Assembly: GCF_964204645.1 (NCBI RefSeq)
Contig: NC_134034.1
Location: 496,001 to 560,000, forward strand
Direction of reading: 5' to 3'
DNA length: 64,000 nucleotides
From: Tubulanus polymorphus
Lineage: Eukaryota; Animalia; Nemertea
Part shown: positions 1-12,485 of the stretch, in pieces
Layout: every line of letters begins with the position of its first letter
Numbering within the stretch: position 1 is the first letter of the stretch
Notes under the pieces: model-generated
What the model was told of the DNA's origin: nothing
What the model saw: only the letters and a program-made list of their open reading frames with translations
Database searches by the model: none
Made by a program: the position numbers and the translations under genes

Positions 1-477
1 CTCGGAGACTAGCCGTGATATTCTACTTGGATCCGGGCCAGCTGGATCCACGGGGCCAGCTGGATCCACGGGGCCGGTGTGTCGTAGCATAGCAGAACAT
101 TCCGAAACTAATGTCGTAAGTTATGCTTTATCAATTCCTACTTATCTCGATCAGCTTATCATTCATTTTAATATCTTATCATTCATCTTTCTGTCTTATC
201 TCTTATCAATCAAATCTTTCTCCTATCCTCTCACAACATGGATCCAAATCTGCTCTGCTTTTATGAAGTCTTTTTCAGAAACGTTTATTTGGGAAGTTTT
301 GTTCCTATCATTTTGCTAAAAGTTCTCAACTCAGTTCCACAGTTCTCATTGGACACACCGGGTCCTGGTTGTACGCACCGGGTCCTGGTTGTAAGCACTG
401 AGTCCTGGGCTTTTAGTCATATTTCAGTCTTTGTTTTGAATTGAGGTTTAATCATAGATTTTCATGCGTTCAGGGAA

Positions 478-3400
478 ATGTTTTATTTAGTTTTTGATTT
501 TGACTGTTGTTTTGTTGTTGAGACTGACCACAGTTTATTGAGATTACTGACACGCATAACACAATCCCTGCCCTCCTCACTCCTCCCTGCCCACTCCACC
601 TCCCTGCCTCCCTCCCCACTCCACCTCCCTGCCTCCCTGCCCACTCCACCTCCCTGCCTCCCTCACCGGAGGATGAGCGCAGTTAAACCATCGTCTTTCC
701 AGGAGCCACTGAACTCAAACGTGGAATCCCCGCAGCCCGGAAATCAGATGGTTGTTGATATCGATCTCGTTCCCGATGAAGCTTTCAGAGAATTTGCACG
801 CCTGCTCGTTGATGAATGCGTGTCAAGGTCATTGAAAAATTATGAAATGGAATCCGTCTGCCGGATGCATGTAACAAATACCAGTAGTGACAATCGAGAC
901 GATACCGAGCTGAGTTTGAAAGCAGCTGAAATTTTTGACGTCGAAAACATAGAATTCACAGACGTGGGCTGCATTACGGACTGCGTTCCGGACTACGTTC
1001 CGGACTGCGTTTTGGATTATTTCCAGAAATCCGAAGTTCGTCTGATTCGTAGCGCATCATGTGACATCGTATTCAGCAGTTCATCATCGAATTCTTCGGG
1101 AAATCCCGCGACACGTCTGTCTACATCGGTAACCACGGTTACAGCTGACTGCTGGAGCGACGCGACTGATCGCACAAAATCAACAAAATTAAAACAATTC
1201 GCGTCGGATTTAGGTATCGTCACAACAGCATCTGGTCGTCGTAGTAACGACATGAACGTGTCTAATTCGTCGGATTTGATGGCGACTGACGGTAGAGTCG
1301 ACTCCTCGTCGCGACTCCGGGAGTCGTGGAAGGAATTCGTGGAGAAATACAACGCGACCGCCGGACGGAAATCAGAAGCAGACGACGGAGACATCAGCTG
1401 CTGCAGCGACGACTCGTTCTACGACGCTCTTCGTCCGGAGGATTGCGACTGGTTTCAGAGAATCACTCGTTTAAAAACGGCCGCGCTACGCGAGACTGAG
1501 GCTGCCGCCGCGGTCGCCGTGGCAACATCGGCGAAAAAACAACGACGATTGTTGAAGATACGAAAAAAATGTCGCTGCGAATCGACGAAAAAAATCTCCG
1601 ATTCGCAAGATTCGTTCAGCGAAGGCTTCTACGAATCATCGGTTAGTCCGAGTAGCTGCGATTGGTACCACCAGGGGGCGTTGAAACCGGCGTCCGAGTC
1701 GAGTCGTTTTAATTTCGCCGTCGATTTTCATCAACTCGGCGTCGAATTAGACATCGTCGATAGCGACCCGGAGATCGTAACCATAGCGACGGCAGATGGA
1801 CGGAGTTTACATCGAGTGAGCGCTCACGAGGAACTCATCGTCGACGATGACAGCTCCGATCCGTTATCTCTAACGAGTCTATTCCTGGACGGTGGCGCCA
1901 TCGGTGGCGGGAAAACGACGAACGACGACGGTTTCAAACTTCATAAAACGCGAAGCGTCGAAAAACTTTTCAATTTGATCGAAAACGAAACGAATTCGAA
2001 CGAAATTAAAATCAAACGTAAACCGAGCATCGAGGATTTAATGAGTTTGAAAAATACGTCTGCCGTGGCGGCCGTACCTCGTGAGGACGCCGCAGAGGAA
2101 CCTCGTGAGGATTTCATCTCCACCGAGAATTACCCTCTCTCAAAAACAGCCGGTACGATTAGCCTCGATTTGACGGGGTTACCACGACAATCAGCAGACG
2201 ACGAGGAGGAGATCAGATACAATTCAGAGAATCATGAAGATGATGCCGATGATTTTGAAGTTTGTTCTGCGGATGATTTTGAAGTTTGTTCCGATGTCGT
2301 AATTCGTCAGTTCGATGAGACGTGTAAACTAGATTTCAGTGAGATTTTAGAGGAAGAGAATGATGATGACAGACGACAGGAGGAGGAGAGCAGACGTCAA
2401 ATTACATCGTGGCAGGTACTCCGCTACAGCTACTGCTGCTGCTACTGCTGCTGCCGCTGCTGCTGCTGCTGCATCTGCTGCTGCTGTTTATGCAATGTTA
2501 CAGTTACCGTTTAAATTGTCTTTCTTTATTCTTTTATTTTGATGATTTTCAAGTTCTTATGTTTTCAGACTCTTTTCAAGTTCAATTCTCAAAATCAGTT
2601 TCATTCGTTATTTCTCATTCGCATTTCATTCAGTTGAAACGTACGAATGAAATATTACACTTTTCCTTGGTTCTGATATGGTTCTGTCCGTCCCATCACA
2701 ATGACTGTAACTCCCTGTGTTCTCGTTATACTGGAGTTTTAAAGGGGTTGTCTGCATTCATAGTTAAGTGAACAATGACATCGTAGATGTTGAAATAGCA
2801 AGGCTTTCGATCCCTTCCCCAAAAAGACAGAAATTTAAGCTTAATTCTAGTGTCATCTTCCATTTTTCATGTTAGCTCAATATATTTCAAAGCAATTATC
2901 AGCATTGATAGAGTATGGGTGAAATAAAATGGGTGCCCCCCCTATAAACCTGTTGCGGATATAATTGACTCCAAATTGATGCACGCTGCAGTTGTTGTTG
3001 TCGATTAAAATGAAAACAATTATGTTGTTGTTAATTTGTAGAGCGAGGATGAATCGTCGGATCGGCGTAATAAACAACAGCGTAAGATGTCGAATCCGAT
3101 CTGTATAAAAAACAGTCAAACATCGAAAACTCGCGTAAAATCTAACGAAGATTCAAATATGAGTAAGTTCTCCGAGTGCCTTACTGTTCATTAAAACAAT
3201 TATCCTTTTTACAGCGTTTACTAATTGAGACCTGAAAGTGCTGGCGATAATTTTAAAATTATGAAAAGTTTCATTCCAGTGTTGAATATCAGGCATACTT
3301 CTATAGTGTGTCTACACCGCGGTGCGGTGTATCATTAATTACTAGTATTTCACTATGTTTGACAGGTGCTGCCATCTTTCAATAGATATAAGAACCAATT

Positions 3401-6400
3401 GCAAATAACATTAATACACCGTGATAATAATGATAGTGATGCGGCGTACTAGCAGCTGATTTATACACCGCACCTCAGTGTAGACACGCTGAAACGGTTA
3501 AATCTTCAATTTTTCGTATTTTTCTCGTCGGGTTTTTTCCAGCGGCGAAGGAGCAGTCGTCGTCGGCGACGAGATCTCAGAGTTTCGAGGAGAAACACAG
3601 TCGCAGTTTCGAGGAAACGCATAAATCAGAGAAAAGCAAAGAGGATCGAAAACAAAAAGATGGTAAGCAAAAAAACTACTCATTTCAGATTGTGTTTGTT
3701 GAATTTTGAATTTCAGGGGTTCAGCAGTAATTATTACTGTTGTAAAAAAACCTCTTCAGGGACCAGTTGCTCAAAAGTTGGTCAAAGTTAACCGGTGGAT
3801 AAATACCGCAGTAACAATTGAGTTTTAATTGTCACTATGTCAACTATCCACTGGTTAGACTCTAACCAACTTCAGAGCAACTGACCCCAGTTCTGGATTG
3901 AAATTTGACTTCGATCCAATTTCTGATGTTTTAACCCAAAGAGTCAAACTTTGACCGAGGACTTTGGAACTGAATCCTGTAATGATTTATCCAGCTTTTA
4001 TAAATACTCTAAGTTGTGGCCGCAGTAGAATTTGGCGGTTATTTTTAGCTGTTAGAAAATATTTGAATTGATTTGGAATTTGAGCACTACGTAATTTACA
4101 TGTAGCAAACAGACTGCACTTAACTGTAATACACATAATACACCCCTCTAGAAATAATGGCTGCCTCCATAAATCCCACTATGACATCATCAACTAATTA
4201 CTTGTAAAAAGGCGGTTCCTGAAAAGATGGATGCCTCTAGAAATTCCCTTATGACATCATCAGGATTGTTATCAGTCCTGTCTGAAATAGGTCTTTAGTT
4301 TGTTGGATCAGTTATTGAGCTGATGATGTCATCGGGGGATACAATTGAGGCCGCCATCTTTTCTTAACTAATTTCCAACACAGTTTAACCGACTGTAAGG
4401 TGGTGCCATCTGGTGGTTGTTGTCAGCATTTCCCATTCTCCCTATGACTGTATTATCACTGAATGAGTGTTTGTTTATTTGAGCTGTTGTTTGTTGTTGT
4501 CACTAGGGGGCGATACCGATGAAGCAGACGGATTCAGCGATGAATGCGGCGACCGCGTCCCGCGCGATATCCACCAAGTTAACGTCCAATTGTCGAAAGT
4601 TTTCAAAAAGCGTCGCCACTCGACTCCTCCCAGTATCGTGAAACGGCCTATAATTCCCTACGCAGACGGCGACAGTAAAGGTGCTTCATCCGAGATCCTT
4701 CTTTTTTGATTGAAAACAACTCATCGAAATCGAACCTAATCTTCTTTTTAAAGTTCTTCGGGGAAAACTACATTCCCGGCAAAATTAACCGCCGCAACAT
4801 TTGAAATTGTCCTCCCTCGTTAAAATCATGTTCAGATTTTTTAAGATTCTGGATGATTTTGATAATTGACTAACCGCTCAGGGTCCAGTTTGATGAAAAA
4901 GTTAAAATCAAGATTTAGCTGAAGTCGTTTTTGGGTAGCGGTAATTTCTTCACGTTTTATAATGAGGAAAATAATTCAACTTTAATCTTAGACTTATCCA
5001 TGAAACTGGTCCCAAAAAGATTTATAATATTTTCAATATCTCTTTTAAAGGGGTTTAAATAAGTCAGCGTAAATCTGAATCAAGTTTCATCCATTTATAA
5101 CATTCGATACATTGAATCAAATCAAAAAGCCGCCATTTATTGTCTTACTTCTCCCTGTGTGTACAATCTGGAGAGGGGGAGGGGGTGCGTCTAAAGTGCC
5201 CCCCACGCCCCCCCCCCAAAAAAAAACAAAAAGATTAAACTTGCTTGTGTTATAAATGGAAGACAGTGTCGCCCTCTTTTATTCTTCTTAATTTCTCAGC
5301 TTTTAGATGAAGATATTATATTTAGTTTTCTCCTTCCCTCCTCCTACGCCGCTGTTCCGTGTAAACTCCCTCCAAAATCCGGCTTTAATCATTTGCTTTT
5401 ATTTGTTTGTAGCAGACGCGAGGATATTTAACTGCGCTTGTATTTGCTTGCCATACAGATATATTTCCAGGGGCGGATTTGTGAGACTTGTTCAATTATT
5501 GCCTTATCGAACATCGAAGTGGCTTTTTGGATGTGAAAAGTTCAGGTTCTGTTACAAATGACAAAAATTGTCACCATAGAATAGCTGGGGGTGTGTACAG
5601 TTTGAATAGCTCCTCAGCGCGGTAGTGATCTGATATTACCTTTTTGGACATCAAAATTTCCCATTTGGGATGTGACAAGTCCTTTAAAATTGTCCTCTGG
5701 ATCCGCCCTTGATTTTGTCATATTTATACACTTGGCTTTCCGTATTATATCATATTTTGTTTACGCTTGGCTTGCCGTGCGAGAAATATTTTGAAATCGT
5801 TTAAAACTTTAGTTAATCAATTATAGAGGAAAGCATTCTGGGGGCGTAAGAAAAAATAAAAACCCGCAGATAATTAATTTTCAACGTATCGGTAATATTT
5901 ATCCGAGTGAACTTTCCAAAGCCTGTTTTATGTCGCGGTAAATTCCGAAGGAGGTTTGTTGACATTTTTGTAATTTCTTTATTTTGCAGATATCTACGTT
6001 CATATTCCGAGTTTAATGCAAGGTCATCGTCATTCGTTCGCGGCGCTGTTCGCCAGCAGTTATTCGTCGGAACGACATCAAAAAGGTTCGTAGCATTTTT
6101 ATCTAAACGGGACAAAAAAAAACCTGATGATTAAAAAATCTTGCAGTTCGGGTTCCAGGACCGAGGGTTCTATTATAGTTCTGTTTAATTTGATTCAAGA
6201 GTTTACATTTTTGTAACTCAGTTTTAATGGGTCTAATTTGAACTGTTATGTCTATTTGAACTTGAGTTGAGAGGACGTCCAGTTGCCTAACTCAGTCAGT
6301 TTTAGCAGCTCTTCCATGAAACAACCTCATTTAAAGGAGAATTTTTGGTAATCCATCGATACATTGTAGAATGGATTAAAATTGATGTTTTAGTTTAGTT

Positions 6401-9400
6401 GCCCGTCTGTGCCGGTCCTGTTCAGACCTGTATCAGGTCTGTACCACCAGAACTGACTGAACTAGGCCACCTGATGTCCTCTCAAATCAAATTGAAATAG
6501 ACTTTAACAACTGTGGAGCTTGGCCCAGGACCAGGTTCCACTGTGGAATTGGGCCCAGCACTCAGTTCCACAGTTATTAGTGTTGAAATTTGACGATTGA
6601 AGATTGAAATCAGTTAATTTTCGATGATTTGACGTCTTATGAGTCAAATTCTAACTGATAGAACTCTGTGGAACTGGGTCCAGCTTTTTTAGGCTTGTAG
6701 AAATGAGTGATATAGACGCGTGAAGCAAAGTTTAAACTACTGTATATAGAACTAATTTCCAGGGTAAGATCCACGGGGGAGCTTGTGAGTCCATCAACAA
6801 ACCAAAATTTGCTGTATTTCAGGGCGCGAATAATGTTGCCTTTTGGATGTGACAAATCTGAAAAACTTGACCTCTTGGATCCGTCCTTGATTTAATTTAT
6901 AACTTTGTAGTTTGCTTTTTGAAGCTGTAAAAATATGTTACATTTTTCTAAGATGAATTTATTTCTTGTTTGTGTTAGGAGAAAATCTTGAGCAGTGTCT
7001 GAGGAGGGTGTGGTCTACTTCGGGTTTCCGTGGTAATTTGCATATTAATGAGTGTTTGATTGACTGATGGCACACTAGGGGTTGTCCGTTTTTCAAAGCA
7101 GTAGATTATTTCTTTTATAGAACTGGATTAGACTGGTTTTAAGTTGTTTATTATGTCCAAACCAAAAAATGGCAATTCATTCCAAAAATGTTTAAAAAAA
7201 TCCTCATCATCACCATGGTTCACCTGGTTCATTAACCCTAATTCCATAGCCCTAACCCTAGATCTGTAACCCTAACCCTAGATCTGTAACCCTAACCCTA
7301 GTTCTGTAACCCTAACCCTAGCCCTCACTGGGACTTGAACCTGGGTCTCCAGTTTGCAAATCCTGTACTCTATCCACTAAGCCACAGATCATTGGTGATC
7401 AGTTGGGTTTGTAAGTCAGTGTAATCATTGCGGTCACCCTGTGGTGGTGACCAGTCAGGTGTGGCGACTGTTGACCAGTCAGGTGTGGTGACTGGTGACC
7501 AGTCAGGTGTGGTGACTGTTGACCAGTCAGGTGTGGTGACTGGTGACCAGTCAGGTGTATAACTCCACTCACTAAACACCACTATCTTGTTAAATTGTTT
7601 ATAGAACTAAAATGAGTTGAGACTGGTTTTCAATCAAAGCCTCTCACTATCCAACCAGTTTTAGAATGAAAGTTTAAAACCAGACCTCCGGTTTTTGAAA
7701 ACTGAAGAAAATATTACTGAAATATATTTCGAAAGCTGCTTTGAAGAACGTTCAACCTTGATTCAATTATTATCATTTCAACAAAGCACCAAAGAGTTCG
7801 AATGATTCGATTCCAATCAGAAACTCAGTTCCACAATCGTCACACAGGCTTCCATCGATCTGAATCACACACGTGCAGCAGAACTGCGTCCAAATCCTCC
7901 GCTAATTATTAATTCCTCGATAGAATAGAAGCTACAGGGGCCGATCCATCGACCACCCTACAGAAAAAATGGCTCGCAAAGTTAAACAAAAAATTGTTTT
8001 TATATATGGACTGGCACTGAGTCAAATAGCAGCGTTCCTGTGTAACGATAAACAATAGAAAATCCCGTAAATATTAAGAAAGAAAGAATGGAGTCGTAAA
8101 AGTTTCATTGAGTTGAGTTTATTGAATGTTTTGTCATCTTCACGAATGTGTTTTTAACTAAATTAAAGTGTTTCAATCTATTCTTTGGATCCGCCCTTGC
8201 AGTTTACAATATCTGTTTTAACTTTACTTTACCGGACGTCGAGTGACCTAACGCTGTCAGTTTTAGCAATTCATACCTGGTATAGGTGTTAACAGGACCA
8301 GCACAGACAGGCAGTTGAACTAAAACATATCGATTTTTGCTCCATTCTTCACTGTATTAACAGATTATCAAAATGTCATTATTGAATGTATTACAATATT
8401 AAAGAAAAGTGACCGCATGATTTGAATGTTTAACAATGTGTTTCTATGATTAAATACCATAATTTTTGATGATTTGGAAAAACTTTACTTGGTACGCATG
8501 GAAATGTATTATAAAACTTGATTTGATTAAGAAAATGGTGTCTGTTTTCTCCGAGACAACCCCATTTACAGAAGACTTTTTGGTAATCTATTAATACAGT
8601 GTAAAAGGATTGGAAATCGCTGTTGTAATTCAGCTGCCAATGAGTGCTGGTCCTGTTCGGACCTGAATCAGGTATGTACCACCAAAACCGACTGAGCAGT
8701 GCGCCACCTGACTGAACTAGGTCACCTGATGTGCTCTCGAGTCAAGTTGAAATAGGTCATGCGTAATTGATGATGATGATAATGATGAAAATGGTTCGTG
8801 TTTTTAAATATAGGTGCCACCACCGCCCGCAATTTGATATCAACTCAAGTGATATCGGGATCTGCGAGCGCTCCGAATCTAATTGAATATAAACAACAGA
8901 TGCTCGATAGACAGTATGGTATGTTTACACACACACACACAGTACGGTATATCTACTACTGCTGCTGCTGCTGCTGCTGCTGTCTGCTTCTATTGTTGTA
9001 TTACACCAGTGAGAATGAGAGACAGACACGACACTGACACTATACTCCGGCTACAGTTATACACTAGTGCGTTTAAGTTAACTGGTTGAAGATAAATGCC
9101 GTTATATTTGTCAACCAGTCAACTGTAACAATCTTTCGAGTATCTGTAGACCCTGTCTATTTATAATGGTTATCTTTAGTTTATCAAACTGAGATGTAGC
9201 ACTGAATGAAGACTGCCTCACCTCCTGTGCCTCCCTCCCCCTCCCCCAATTCGGGTTCTGTCACACGTTTGAAAGTTTGAATTCTTGATTCAAGATTGAG
9301 AATTAGGGTTCATTTAACTCATGATTGTAATCTAAGTGACGATCCACCAGGTGTTGCTAGTGTACAGTAGGACATTAACTACTGCGACAATAGAGGTTTC

Positions 9401-11657
9401 ACCTTGTGGCAAGTGAAGATCCACCAGGTGTCGGTAGTGTGCAGTAAGTCATCGACTTCTGCGGCAATAGAGGATCACACCTGTGCCATGTGAGGGTTAA
9501 TTGTGGAGGTAGAGAGGGAGAGGGGAGGGAGGCAGTAGAGGGGAGGTAGAGAGGGAGGCGGGAGAGGTAGAGGGGGTGAAGCAGTTTCACTCATAATCCG
9601 AGGAAATGAAGAATTATTTACAAAATGCACTGTTTTTATTTGAATCTGGTTTATCTGGGTGCGGTTAAGTTTAGACCGCGCCCGGCAAAATCACACCGTT
9701 TTTTTAAGCATTAATTTCGACACAGATTTTTAGTTCACCGGAACAGCGGTTGACGAAAGAGCGCCCCCTAGTGTGTTCCTCCCGTCTTCTTGATTTTAAT
9801 CCAGTATTAACACGAAAATTAAAGTCCAGTTCAGAGTCCAGAACCTGGTTCCGTAGTCGTCAGTTGACATATCTGGACACCAAGATTCAAATTTTAAAAG
9901 TAACTGACAACAATAGAATCGGGTTGATAGCTGCGACCGATTTCGTAATTGATTTTATTCCTGAATTATTTTTCTTCTGTGAAACGCATGAAAACTAAAC
10001 TAATGATTGTTGTGGATTTTATTTTAGCTTGAATAATTTCACTGAACTGTGTGTGAGAGCAACAATCAACATAAACCATTCATGTTTCCTGTTTTCAACC
10101 TCAGTTTTTTTCCGCTGATTCTTTTACTGAAAAATAAATTTTTTCGACTGATCTTTTTGTTTTTACTCCATTTTTAACATGATTTTCTTACTTTTTCAAA
10201 AATTCACCCCATCCTAATTGTCACCCATTTCGTGCATGTTTTTTTGATGTGATTAATTTTTGGTATTTTGTTGGAAACTTGTGTGAGTGATCTAGTTCTA
10301 CTCGCGTGGAACTGGGTCGCAGTGAGTGACCTAGTTCTACTCGCGTGGAACTGGGTCGCAGTGAGCGACCTAGTTCTACTCCCGTGGAACTGGGTCGCAG
10401 TGAGCGACCTAGTTCTACTCGCGTGGAACTGGGTCGCAGAGACTTATGATCTATTCGTCTTAAGTCTAAGATCTAATGACTCCATATAACAAAAGATTTT
10501 AGACTACAGATCTTAGATATAAATCTCGTATTAACCTAGTGGATTAACAGATTATCTATAATCAGATAAAACTTGCTTCAAAATGATTTATATTATAATT
10601 ATTCTTGGCTTTCTGTAGATTTCATTGTTTCAACTGCTTCAAACTAATACATATATTTATATTATAAATCTATTTTTGATGCTTTCGAAGAATCATTGCA
10701 TTTAAAAGATTAAGAACTGATTTCAAATTGTAATCTTGATTAAGATTCAAGCTTCCGTTTGTCTCTCCCTCAAACTATAATTTTTTGTGTCGTTATATTA
10801 TCGATCCAGTCTCTAAGACCCCCCATATTCGTATTATCTAATATTTTCAGGTCAGGAAGCCCGGGTGCCCGCGATACGGCCGCTGGAAACGTTACATAAT
10901 TCACTAACCCTCCGCCAGATGGAGCTGTTTCTCGACAGTCTTATCAAACACACTCCGATTCCCACGCCGGTGTCGTCGCCACGGCAACAGCCATCAACCC
11001 CGGTCACGTATTGTGCCCCGAAAATCACGTCAAAGACTTCAATGATGCTACAATTCCCGTCTTCAAATTCAGGTACAAACTACTGCCCCCTAGTGATAGC
11101 AATAGTGATATTAGTGCCCCTAACACCCCCCACTGTCAGTAATACTGACCATATCACCTTCTACTGACAATACCGCCCCCTAGTGTCAGTAATACTGAAC
11201 AAACTGCCCCCTAGTGTCAGTAATACTGAACATACCGCCCCCTAGTGTCAGTAATACTGAACAAACCGCCCCCTAGTGTCAGTTATACTGACCATACCGC
11301 CCCCTGGTGTCAGTAATACTGACCATACCGCCCCCTAGTGTCAATTTTACTGGCTGTGATGCGTCAGTTCTTCTTACCATATCGCCCCCTAGTGTCATTA
11401 TTGTGCGTTTATCTATTTCAGGTAAATCTGAATTATCATCGAGTAACTCGAGTGCTGGACCGTCTTCCCCTACACTCTGTTCAAACGCCGAGGATATCGC
11501 GTTACGTTTACGACAATTAATGGAAACTAGCCAATCACAGGACAGTAATTACAATTCTAGCCAATCAGAAGCGAGCGCTGGTTCGTTGTCGACTCAAACT
11601 AGTCAAGATTCGAATCAGGGAAATTCATCGAACGTTTCCTCGACTTTTAACGATTAG
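478..11657 (+). CDS. PPIP5K: 3' portion of inositol hexakisphosphate/diphosphoinositol-pentakisphosphate kinase (PPIP5K/VIP1), multi-exon; catalytic domains lie upstream of the window
   Basis: Phase-consistent GT-AG exons: large exon ending 2415 (5' boundary uncertain), 3042-3162, 3543-3662, 4507-4680, 5990-6085, possible cassette 6979-7032, 8814-8918, 10851-11072, 11422-11657 (TAG). Peptides LISTQVISGSASAPNL and VPAIRPLETLHNSLTLRQMELFL match the conserved PPIP5K C-terminal motifs (GSSSAPNL; PLETLHNALSL). Confidence 0.85.
3759..3889. mobile_element. Short palindromic MITE; related copy at about 59031-59157
   Basis: GGGACCAGTTGCTCAAAAGTTGGT...ACCAACTTCAGAGCAACTGACCCC; shared core GGTGGATAAATACC...CAACTATCCACTGGTT. 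Confidence 0.6.
6250..6502. mobile_element. MITE-like family in PPIP5K introns (partial copies about 8210-8380 and 8570-8755)
   Basis: Degenerate inverted ends GTCTATTT...AAATAGAC and shared internal GGTCCTGTTC.GACCTG.ATCAGGT.TGTACCACCA. Confidence 0.5.
7233..7560 (-). repeat. tRNA-like element with TTAGGG tail and upstream 24-bp tandem repeats
   Basis: Minus strand: A box TGGCTTAGTGG, B box GGTTCAAGTCC, followed by TAGGGTTAGGGTT units; related copies at about 29455-29545 (-) and 49500-49710 (+). Confidence 0.6.
10288..10439. repeat. 39-bp tandem repeat, 4 copies
   Basis: GACCTAGTTCTACTCGCGTGGAACTGGGTCGCAGTGAG unit. Confidence 0.85.
11083..11395. repeat. 31-bp intronic tandem repeat
   Basis: Unit CCGCCCCCTAGTGTCAGTAATACTGAACAAA fills the last PPIP5K intron. 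Confidence 0.85.
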
Positions 11658-12485
11658 AGACAGTTTTAGCTCAATGGATCCGATCATCAACTCCGTGAGA
11701 TATTTACAGGTAGAATCGAGTCGATCAGTCTAAGCTCTGCTGACCCAGCGCCACAGATCCAGCGCCACAGCTGTGTGAACAGTTCAATTTGATTGTGTGA
11801 GTTGATTTGTAAGAAATAGAAGAGTTGGTTTTCATTAATATGTCAAACTCACCACAGTGCAGCTGGGTCTAGGATTGCACTTGTTAACCACCTCGGTTGA
11901 AAGCTTCAACCCGGATTTATTTCCATATAAATATTCTTTGTTGAGATTTTTAAATAATAAGTAAAATTTAAATAAATTATGATTTAAATCAATCTCATTT
12001 TAGTTTTATTTCAATTATAATCCATAATTTTGCATGAATTTAACAGAATTTCACAGAATTAATTTATTTCATAGCACAAACAAATTCTCTAAGAAGCGAA
12101 AGAAAAGTCGTGACTCTTTCGAAGTCATTTCCATTGGCAACTGAGAATTGGAGTCCTTTATAACTGACCAATACATAGATTGCGTGGTAGTTTGTCAGTA
12201 AACCAACTGACTAGTCAAGGTCATGATATCCAAAACTAACCAATCACGTCTTCTATGACTGTGTTGACCAATCAGTGTCGAGCATATCCAAAACTAACCA
12301 ATCACATCGCCTGTGACTGTTGACCAATCAGTGTCGAGCATATCCAAAACTAACCAATCACATCGCCTGTGACCGTTATAACGAATCTCTTAATAATCCA
12401 AGCGCGAGATTCTATTTCTCTTGTTTTCCTTAAAGTCGACTAGTGCCACTTTTTTATAAATCTCTAATATCAGAGATTCGAGGGT

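Noticed and set aside
2416-2514. Poly-Cys tail of the 678-aa ORF suggesting a metallothionein-like domain
   Set aside because: It is a CTG microsatellite read through the donor at 2415/2416; the same occurs at 8955-8985.
7233-7322. Telomerase RNA template or chromosome end
   Set aside because: Short interrupted interstitial units; the Pol III-sense strand is G-rich, not the CCCUAA template.
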